A stretch of 31,516 nucleotides of DNA, from assembly GCF_006345805.1 (NCBI RefSeq), contig NW_021832216.1:1-31516 (forward strand). The letters run 5' to 3'. The notes under the pieces are model-generated. The model ran no database searches, was not told the origin of the DNA, and saw only the letters and a list, made by a program, of their open reading frames with translations. A program made the position numbers and the translations under genes. Origin of the DNA: Octopus sinensis. Its lineage: Eukaryota. This document shows positions 22,106 to 31,516 of the stretch, one piece after another (the first letter of the stretch is position 1; every line of letters starts with the position of its first letter).

Positions 22106-22707
22106 GTAAAGTATAGAAGCCATCTTATCATGGCTATCATATTGGGGAGGGAGTGTTACTGTAGCTTTATAGCCCCAAGAGATCTTCGTCTCAAGCTGGC
22201 TTTAGACACAATATCTGTGTCCTTGGAGTATTTGCAAAGGGAGGCCATCCCTTCCTCGCAAGCCTGAGTGATACGCTCGAACTAGTTTCGGGATTGTTGT
22301 CCCTCGTCAACGGGCGGTAACCACCAGGTAGCGATGAAATATGTTTTTCTAATGGCGTCTGCCACTGATGTCGAAAAACGAACAGTAAGCATAATTAAAT
22401 CTCAGAATGAGATTGAAACAGTAATCGCTCGATAATGTAAAGTATAGAAGCCATCTTATCACGAGGGACAACAATCCCGAAACTAGTTCGAGCGTATCAC
22501 TCAGGCTTGCGAGGAAGGGATGGCCTCATTTGCAAATACTCCAAGGACACAGATATTGTGTCTAAAGCCAGCTTGAGACGAAGATCTCTTGGGGCTATAA
22601 AGCTACAGTAACACCCCCTCCCCAATGTGGTTAGCCATGATAAGATGGCTTCTATACTTTACATTATCAAGCGATCACTGTTTCATCTCATTCATTCTAA
22701 TTATGCT
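22101..22707. mobile_element. 331-nt-unit hammerhead element (retrozyme/Penelope-like) with internal inversion, in (TA)n
   Basis: Order A-B-C-A-B'-A'-C'(part). A (30 nt) is identical at 22101-22130 and 22432-22461. B is 22131-22307, inverted at 22461-22637 with about 6 differences. A' is 22638-22667. Confidence 0.88.
22263..22328 (-). ncRNA. Type I hammerhead ribozyme with extended stem I (C3 mutated to U)
   Basis: Minus strand CCTG GTGGT tac CGCCCG TTGACGA GGGA caacaa TCCC GAAA CTAG T T CGAGCG t ATCAC t CAGG: perfect 4-bp stem II, palindromic stem III, GUU triplet. Confidence 0.8.
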
Positions 22708-23429
<722 letters not shown>

Positions 23430-23501
<72 letters not shown>

Positions 23502-23562
23502 ATATATGTATATATATATATAATATAATATATATATTATATATATATATATGTATATATTA

Positions 23563-23642
<80 letters not shown>
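23430..23642. repeat. (TA)n tract
   Basis: Degenerate TA run. Confidence 0.95.
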
Positions 23643-24360
23643 GTAGACGGCTGGCTGGCTGGATTCTTAGAACCTTTAGAACAAGAGAACAAGAAACCAT
23701 GATGGTCCTCTGGAAGACACTTGTCCTAAGCCACTTTGACTATTGCTCTCAGCTATGGTCACCATCCAGTGTCAAGTTGATCACAGAACTTGAGACGATC
23801 TAACGAAGCTACACGAAGAAGATAGCCTCTGTGCAGCATATGAGCTACTGGGAAAGATTTAAGAGATTAAAGCTCTATTCCCTGGAGCGTAGGCGAGAAA
23901 GATATGCCATAATATATATCTGGAAGATCCTGGAAGGACTTGTCCCAAACTTTGGCATCGAGAGTCACACAAATGCCAGAACCGGGCGCCACTGCGTAGT
24001 ACCAAGACTCCAAATTTGCCATCAAGATGTAGGACAAGATATTGTGATAGCCTGGGCTTCAGAGGCCCACAGCTCTTCAATATCCTCCCGAAGAACCTGA
24101 GGAACCTGCATGGTGTAGATGCGGATGTCTTTAAAGTAGGACTGGACCTCTTCCTGTCAGGTGTCCCGGATGAACCAACTTCACGGCAGGAGGTGCAGAT
24201 GAGGGCAGCTGCATCGAACTCTCTCATGCATCAGATGGCGTTTGCTAAAAAGCATCCGTGGGGTAAAATCGTGTAGCAAACCAAATGGCGGTGCCCCAGT
24301 ATGGCCACAGCTCATTAGCTGAAAATGGAAAAATCAAATATCAAAATCAAAATCAAAATC
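23643..24360 (+). mobile_element. CR1-like LINE, 5'-truncated 3' end (same clade as 15321-15920)
   Basis: [15 protein letters not shown]...[10 protein letters not shown]...LYSLERRRERY...GPQLFNILPKNLRNL...VPDEPT; one stop and one frameshift seen; (aaatc)n tail. Confidence 0.92.
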
Positions 24361-24449
24361 ATATATATATACATATATATAGATATATATATATATATGT
24401 GTGAAGACAGTTTATTCACTGCACTATATATATATATATATATAGTCTT

Positions 24450-24488
<39 letters not shown>

Positions 24489-24491
<3 letters not shown>

Positions 24492-25102
24492 AGTTAGTTA
24501 GTTAGTTAATTTGGCTCAAAAGCAAATAGCAAGGCCATGTAGGGGGACATGGAGTTAAGTACAGGGTGGTGTTCATGTAAAGAGTTCAGGCCACTTGAGG
24601 TCCAGGGAGGCTTTGAACAAAGCGGTCGTCGGCATCTTCACCATCTCGTCTGGCAGCTTGTTCCACGGATCCGCAACCCGGACGGAGAAAGCTCCTCTCC
24701 TTCGATTGAGATGAAATCGTCGCAGGTAGAGCTTTTCGAATGACCCCGCAGCCCGACGCTCTGGAGCAGGAGTGAAGAACAGCTCTTTCGAGAGGTTACA
24801 CTTTCCGCTTATAATGTTGTGGGCGAGAATGAGATCACCACGGCGGCGGCGTTTTTCAAGAGAATAAAGGTCGAGCGTCCTCAGCCTTTTCTTCGTAGGA
24901 CAAATTTTTGAGACCATGAACCATGCGGGTAGCCAGCCTCTGGACTCTTTCGAGATGCTGTATGTCTTTGAGGAGATAAGGAGAAGAGGCCTGAATCCCA
25001 TACTCCAATATGGGTCTCACCAGCGTGACATAGAGTGGTAGGAATATGGCTGCTGTGAGCATTCCGAATGACCGTCGAATCAAGAACAGAATTCCGCGTG
25101 CT
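24489..25102 (-). mobile_element. Second CR1-like LINE family, 3' end
   Basis: LYVTLVRPILEYGIQASSPYLLKDIQHLERVQRLATRMV...LYSLEKRRRRGDLI...AFSVRVADPWNKLP...; (taac)n tail at 24489-24508. Confidence 0.92.
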
Positions 25103-25128
25103 TTATATATATATATATATATATATAT

Positions 25129-25256
25129 GATTTTAATTTTGATTTTGATTTTTGATTTTCCAAGTTTCAGCTAATGAGCTGTGGTCATGCTGGGGCACCG
25201 CCATTTGGTTTGCTACACGATTTTACCCCACGGATGCTTTTTAGCAAACGCCATCT
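25129..25256 (-). mobile_element. Inverted copy of the last 128 bp of the 23643-24360 LINE
   Basis: Reverse complement aligns to 24233-24360 with a few substitutions, mostly in the tail. Confidence 0.9.
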
Positions 25257-25290
25257 ATATATATAGTGCAGTGAATAAACTGTCTTCACA

Positions 25291-25521
25291 AGGCGGCGAA
25301 CTGGCAGAATCGTTTCCACGTCGGGCGAAATGATTAGCGGTATTTCTTCTGCCGCTACGTTCTGAGTTCAAATTTCGCCGAGGTCGATTTTGCCTTTCAT
25401 CCTTTCGGGCTCGATAAATAAAGTACCAGTTTCGCACTGGGGTCGATGTAATCGACTTAATCCCTTTGACTGTCCTTGTTTGTCCCCTCTATGTTTAGCC
25501 CCTTGAGGGCAATAAAGAAAT
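25291..25521 (+). mobile_element. Octopus SINE family B, full length
   Basis: aggcggcgaactggcagaa head through ccccttgagggcaataaagaaa tail. Confidence 0.93.
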
Positions 25522-25542
25522 ATATATATTTTTTTCCTTTTT

Positions 25543-25643
25543 TGACCAGACCATCAGATGTTGTTACACATCGCTGGTCACAATGCGTTCGCATTGTTTT
25601 AGCCTTCGAATGACGCCACCCCGCTGGCTAAGCGAGCAGGCCA
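25543..25643 (-). mobile_element. Octopus SINE family D, 3' fragment
   Basis: Homologous to 20885-20987. Confidence 0.82.
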
Positions 25644-25661
25644 TATATATTATATATATAT

Positions 25662-25706
<45 letters not shown>

Positions 25707-25729
25707 TTAATCGCCCGCCATATCGCCAA

Positions 25730-26099
25730 TTCCTCATCGAATATTTCAAGATCTACTTGAAAAGGAAAGTGAGGGTAGAAAAGGAAGTTATTCCTGCACC
25801 CCAGTATTTTTGTTGAAAGGTGGGTGAATGTGACGAGAGGATGGCCCCTGGGAATGGTCATACACTGAACATACACTTGTGAGCCGGAGAGGTTGAGGAG
25901 GAGAGAAAGATACCTACCCTTGGTGGTCGAGGTGACCAGGATGTGTGGGGTTCCTTAGTTCACTTTTGAGGAAATTTATTGCTTAAATTTTGTTATTTGT
26001 TATTGTTTTTATTGTATTTTTATGCTAATCCCCACTTGTCCCTTGTTTTGTATTGTTCTTTTTTGTTTTGTGTCCGACCCTTGAGGACAATAAAGAAAA
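25730..26099 (+). mobile_element. Tx1/L1-like LINE 3' end (decayed)
   Basis: Relic YFKIYLKRKVRVEKE...ERWVNVTR (frameshifted) resembles L1/Tx1 ORF2 C-termini. T-rich 3' UTR ends cccttgaggacaataaagaaa. Confidence 0.5.
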
Positions 26100-27012
26100 T
26101 ATTATTATAATTGTTATTATTATTCAGAAGCTGGAGATGTACTACGGTGTCAGCTGTTCACTACCAGTGAACTTTACTTTTCGAGCACCATTCGGAGTAT
26201 TCGAGCGGTTCCAAGCAGTGCTGTTTTCTGCAAGTGCTCCACCATTATTGCAGCCACTATTTGTTCCAGATACTTCTCAAGATTTCTACTCACTGTTCCC
26301 AGGGCTCCGACAATTATTGGTACTACTACCACCTTTGTCATCGACCACAACTGCTTAACCTCCCAAGCTAACTTGTTATATTTATCGACTTTTCTTTCTT
26401 CCTTATCGCATATATTGTTGCCACCTTGGCATGCTATATCTATGATCTAGCATTGTTTGCTTTCTTTCTCAATTAACTCTTTCTCTGTTTTCCAATTCTC
26501 TATCTCATGGTTGCGCTGAATCATAAGATCCCACAGAATCTTTGCATTATGTATTTTGATGTTGCTTTCGTGTTCATGTTTGTACCACTTTTTTGCTCTG
26601 ACAAGTCCATACTTCTTGCAAAGTGTCCAATGGACAATCCTTGCTATATTGTCATGACGTCTCTTATATTCTTTCTGGGCTAGTGGCGTAAACTGACTTG
26701 CAATATGCCATACGGTTTCACCATTTTGTCCACAAATTCTGCACTTATCACTTTCTGATGTGTTGTCTATTCCGTATTTGATGTAATTGGTTCTTAGTGC
26801 TTGCTCTTTGGCATCACAGATTAGAGCCTCCTTTTCCGGTTTTAAATCACTTTTAGTGATCCATAGCCATCTTTTTTCTCTGTCAGTCTTATCTTCAACG
26901 TCCCTATGAAATTGTCCATGCACTATTTTCTTTATCCACCTATTTTCAGTTTCATTCATTCTCAAGTCCTTGTACAGTGCTTTATCTTTGCAATCTTCCA
27001 TCCTACACAAGC
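26100..27012 (-). mobile_element. R4/Dong-like non-LTR element with restriction-like endonuclease, 3' part
   Basis: HGQF...EQALRTNYIK...CRICGQNGETVWHI...KRRHDNIARIVHW...KILWD, then by hand in the next frame IIDIAC...KVDKY..LAWEVKQLW...VVVPIIVGALG...LQKTALLGTARILR*. (taa)-rich 3' flank. Confidence 0.88.
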
Positions 27013-27146
27013 CTGACCTTCTTACTTCCAATAATAGCGGTTTTGTGGCGTTTTTACATACCATGCTATGTAATGCTGTGTTCGCATCCAATCAGTCCTT
27101 TTCCCCCCTCTTTTTCTTGGTACATACAGTCTGCCTGTGTCACTTT

Positions 27147-27348
27147 TTGGGTGGACCCTCATAACCATTTGATGTTTAAAAATCGTTTTATATTTTCGTA
27201 GTTAAATATTATTAGGAATTGCAAAAAAAAAAATTTTAAAGTATTTTGTGTACTGTAGAAATATAAACGATTTATTGCATAAATATTTTAGTAATAAAAT
27301 CTTATGTGGACCCTCAAGGATCATGTGAATCCTGGTCGAGAACCACTG
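27147..27348. mobile_element. Possible hAT-type MITE right end
   Basis: Repeated gtggaccctca subterminal motif and terminal gagaaccactg (reverse complement of the cagtggttctc TIR type). No matching left end found. Confidence 0.4.
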
Positions 27349-28074
27349 CTCAAACCACTTCAACAAACTGGCTGGAATCAGTCAAAGACCAAAAGACCAA
27401 AATCTGTTTGTGTGTCTTTCTTACTCCACCGTATTTTTTTAAATATTAGTCTTCGGCATTCATCTTTTGAATGGTTGACAGTTTCATGTAGTTTGCCTCA
27501 CATTCGACTTACAACCTGGCTGTCGTCTGTCAATATTTATTTCAAAGATGTTTGCTCCGATCTCTTGTTTTTATGCATTTATGACTTGTATTTTTGTTCC
27601 CAAACTATTCTCTCATCAGTAGAGTTTATTATTACTCTCCAGACACATCTTGTTTGGTAAACTCACAATATTTATTTCCAATTCTCCATTTATTTTATGT
27701 TTTCATTCTTAAGTTCGAAATTTTTTTATATCAATATATTTTTTATGCATTAAACTGATATTTCCCCACAAATTAATTTCCCTAGGATCTTTTTTGCTTT
27801 AACAGTCTATTCATATAATATCCAAATGTATCGTCTGCGCCATCGAATAATGATAGGACGCCATATTTTCTTTTATGTCTCGGCTATAACATCATTTCAT
27901 AGACTTTGCTCATCAAAAAGTGAAAGTGCATTGAAAATAAAATAAATATAAAGTCTTTAATCTAGCCTAGAGTTTTCTTGGCAGTGACGACTGAGAATTA
28001 TGAAAGAGGACGGAAAACTGCCATTTTTAAATAAAAATAGTTTGTACGATTGCAAATAGAAGCGGCGGAAATGA

Positions 28075-28300
28075 GATTCTTCTGAACGATATTAGGAGTA
28101 GCATTACTCGATAGGGTGCTTAGCTCAGAGATCAGGGTGTCTCCTCACGCCGAGTCACAACTGAAGGGATCAGAAATCTGGGACTACGGACATGTGATTA
28201 GAATGTCGTTAGGACAGGGTCACACGATCGATTCTTGAAGTTGAGTTGACGGCAGGACTGGGATGGACCAAGGAGAAATTGCTTGACCAATACCCATAGT
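28075..28300 (+). mobile_element. Heavily decayed RTE-like LINE fragment
   Basis: Broken frames give RTILGV..LDRVLSSEIR...YGHVIRM...ILE, the RTE post-RT motif series. Confidence 0.5.
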
Positions 28301-29159
28301 CTCGGTTGCATACACTTATAAATTCAACAGCAAAGTGTAATTACGATTGATTCTGATCGGAGCCTGTGGAGAAGGTGACAGAAGATTCTACAGAAGCACC
28401 ATCCGCCCAGAAATATTGGATGGAATAGATGGTTAGATAGATAGATGATTTCTACCATTTTAAGCATTTTAAATACCTTGGTGAAAAGTATACGGATGTA
28501 AAATCTATGGAGTCTTCTCATGAGAGAAAATTGTATAGTTTTTAGATTTTACACTCTCCTCCTTTTCTAAAGAGAGGGAAGAGGGCCAAAAATTAAACAA
28601 ATATTTTGGGAAGTAGGGTATTACTTAGTTTGAGAGTGACTGATGTATAACAACTGATATAAACTATTTGCCATTGAGATGCCATCTGCATTAAGTATAA
28701 TAGACATGTTGCTATTTTTAACTGATACTGCCTCTGTTGCACATAACGAATTTTTATTTTGTTGGGCGGCTAATTGCAAAATCAGTTATTTCTCAATCTC
28801 TCTTTTCCCTACTCCAGTGCTGACAAGATTTGTATTAGCCAGTGGATGCTAGCTACTGACGAAGCGTATGGAGGCAGAAATGCACATTTTGTAATAATAT
28901 CACCACAACTGGACGATTTTCAACTGCTGCTGATACATTTTATATTTTTTAACAGTGTACGTCTTTAAGAGGTATCTACAGAGATATCTTTCTGCGATGT
29001 ATTAGCTTTAAGTATGATGCACATATAGCTATCTTTAACTGATACTGCTTCTGTTGCATACAACAGTTAACAATTTTAATGAACACTTTATTATTGACCA
29101 CTTATTTTTGAATGATAGTTGCAATAGTAGATATATACATACATACATGCATGCATCTA

Positions 29160-29160
29160 T

Positions 29161-29229
<69 letters not shown>

Positions 29230-29262
29230 GTCTTTCTTTCTGTCTTTCTTTCTGTCTTTCTT

Positions 29263-29347
<85 letters not shown>

Positions 29348-29385
29348 GCCTGTCTGTCTATTTGTCTGTCTGTCTGTATTGTCTG

Positions 29386-29476
<91 letters not shown>

Positions 29477-29487
29477 GTCTGTCTGTC
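29160..29487. repeat. (TTTC)n/(TCTA)n/(TCTG)n compound microsatellite
   Basis: Consecutive tetranucleotide runs. Confidence 0.96.
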
Positions 29488-29494
29488 TGGTGGT

Positions 29495-29789
29495 GAAGGC
29501 GTGTGACCTAGTGGTTACGGTGCTGCACTCACGATCGCTAGATCGTATGTTCGATTCCCAGACTGGGCGATACGTTGTGTTCTTGAGCAAATTACTTCAT
29601 TCCAGGCTGTAATAGTCCATCCAGCTGCAAACGGGTAACCCTGTGACAAAATGGCCTTCCTACCAGGAGGAATGTTGGCCTGCTCGCCTGGCTAGCGGAG
29701 TTGCATCACTCGAAAGCTAAAACGCCGCCAAGTGCATTGTGGCCAGCGATGTATAACAGCATCCGATAGAATGGTCGATACCGTGATAC
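29495..29789 (+). mobile_element. Octopus SINE family D, full length, diverged
   Basis: ggcgtgtgacctagtggtta A box, gttcgattcc B box, gttgtgttcttgagcaa domain and 3' body matching 20869-20987 and 25543-25643. Confidence 0.82.
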
Positions 29790-29814
29790 TCTAATATGTA
29801 TGTGTGTGCGTGTG

Positions 29815-29964
29815 TATTCTACTCTTTTATTCTTTTAGTTGTTTCAGTCATTTTTGACTGCGGTCATGCTGGAGCACCGACTTTAGTCGAACAAATCGAC
29901 CCCAGGACTTATTCTTTGTAAGCCCAGTATTTATGCTATCGGTCACTTGTGCCGAACCGCTAAA
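29815..29964 (-). mobile_element. Octopus SINE family A, 3' part
   Basis: Reverse complement of the family A body and tail. Confidence 0.88.
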
Positions 29965-29988
29965 CTACTACTAGTGCTGCTGCTGGTT

Positions 29989-30055
<67 letters not shown>

Positions 30056-30056
30056 C
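29965..30056. repeat. (CTA)n microsatellite
   Basis: Pure cta run preceded by a few ctg triplets. Confidence 0.95.
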
Positions 30057-30598
30057 TAACGAAGGTCACAGAATACCCAGGCAATTATTATTTCACAAGT
30101 ACGGCTATTAGTTGAATGACGTCTTTCTCCGTTTGCTTTCCCCTCTTTCACTGTTCTTCATACACATTCCATATTCGTCTTCAGTTCAATATCTTCTCTG
30201 CTTTTCATTTCACTTGTTCATCATCACTCAGCCACACATCCAGATATTTATGTCCTCTCATCCTCTCATTTTTACACCTTCACAGCTTCACTTCACCTCA
30301 CTTCACCTCCCACTGTCTCATCTCATCTCCTCATCAACTCGTTCTAGCATTCTTCCACCCCCTCCCTCGCTATCAGCTCATCAGTTCATCCTTCTTCACG
30401 GATCTAATTGTCTTGTTATCTGCAATGACTGTTTCCTTCAAATACCTCAGTTTCCAGTCTCCGTCTTCCACCCAATCCTTTCCCGATCACAAATATTACA
30501 TACACTGTACACAAACACACGCATCTACATACACAGGCACACACGCCCCCATACACACATGCGCACGCACACAAGCACAGGTACACATGCTTACACAT

Positions 30599-30633
<35 letters not shown>

Positions 30634-30689
30634 GGCACATAAGGAGTACATACATAGTCACAAATGCTTACTTAGCAATCGCTGCTGAA

Positions 30690-30898
30690 GATTCTTATTT
30701 CTTTATTACCCACAAGGGGCTAAACACAGAGGGGACAAACAAGGACAGACAAAGGTATTAAATCGATTACATCGATCCCAGTGCGTAACTGGTACTTATT
30801 TTATCGATCCCGAAAGGATGAAAGGCAAAGTCTATCTTGGCGGAATTTGAACTCAGAACGTGATGGCAGACGAAATGCCACTAAGCATTTCACCCGGC
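30690..30898 (-). mobile_element. Octopus SINE family B, near full length
   Basis: Reverse complement of the family B tail, central domain and most of the head. Confidence 0.9.
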
Positions 30899-30957
30899 AA
30901 CTTCTGTTCGTGATCAGAGATGCGCATACTAGACACTAAGGGACATGCTCAAATGGC

Positions 30958-31108
30958 TACCAACCGGTGTTGGTGTGTTTACGTCCCAGAGAGAATAAGT
31001 ACCAGGCTAAAAAAAGTATTGGGGGCAATTCGTTCGACTAAAATTCTTCAAGGCGTTGCCCCAGCATGGCCGCAGTCTAATGACCGAAACGATAAAACGA
31101 TAAAAAAG
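30958..31108 (+). mobile_element. Octopus SINE family A, diverged 3' part
   Basis: ggtgtgtttacgtccc...aataagtaccaggct...ccagcatggccgcagtctaatgaccgaaac plus a gataaaa tail. Confidence 0.8.
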
Positions 31109-31376
31109 TAAACAATGTCAACCACTGAATCCACTTTGCAGTCACTCGATTTGCTAGAAATAGCAGTCAGACGCAAAGGAAAAAAGGAAGCACACATTGG
31201 ATAATATGATAAGGTATATAAGGTAAAAATTAATTAAAAAATATATAAAAGCAGGAAATTAACAGTTGAAATGTTTGTGATTATAAGTTGGATGGATAAC
31301 GGCCAGGCTGGAGCTAAACAGCATCAACAACTATATAAACAACAACAGTAATACAACTATTAAAGCCACAATAACA

Positions 31377-31377
<1 letters not shown>

Positions 31378-31428
<51 letters not shown>

Positions 31429-31516
31429 ATACTACTACTCTACTACTACTACTACACTATACTACTACTCTTACTACTACTACTACAACTGCTTTTTGCT
31501 GCTGCTGCTACTACTA
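31378..31516. repeat. (CTA)n microsatellite
   Basis: cta run to the window end. Confidence 0.95.

Noticed and set aside
27360-27960. Possible decayed LINE coding sequence on the minus strand
   Set aside because: Too many stops and no motif I could anchor; needs a profile search.
30360-30390. Minus-strand CTGATGA-GCT-gat-AGC followed by GAGG
   Set aside because: GAAA is absent and stems I and III do not form; probably chance in a purine-skewed tract.

Overview
AT-rich, repeat-saturated eukaryotic non-coding DNA, almost certainly from an Octopus genome. That assignment is my recognition of four tRNA-derived SINE families plus very dense TA/CA/TCTA microsatellites, not a database result. No intact host protein-coding gene, rRNA, true tRNA or CRISPR array can be supported. 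Most ORFs in the track are microsatellite artefacts. The rest are decayed pieces of LINEs (two RTE/BovB-like, three CR1-like, one R4/Dong-like REL element, one Tx1/L1-like tail) and a Tc1/mariner 5' end. The main signal the ORF track misses is a set of type I hammerhead-ribozyme motifs. Eight full motifs can be folded by hand, belonging to about seven unrelated sequence families (1008, 1627, 11929, 14750, 16339, 18746, 21885, 22274). There are also two partial copies and two doubtful relics. Most lie in short non-coding elements at or near (TA)n tracts, with Penelope/retrozyme-like tandem or inverted architecture. They include: all three Watson-Crick versions seen here of the catalytic 3-8 pair (C3-G8, U3-A8, G3-C8); a 33-nt motif with no stem II; a motif at the apex of a 136-bp fold-back; and an inversion whose breakpoint lies inside the ribozyme core. 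Other observations are a CRE/AP-1 site cluster, a polypyrimidine-spaced tandem array, two LINE/SINE 3'-tail partnerships and short templated sequence copies around (TA)n tracts. All folds were done by eye and none has been tested for activity.
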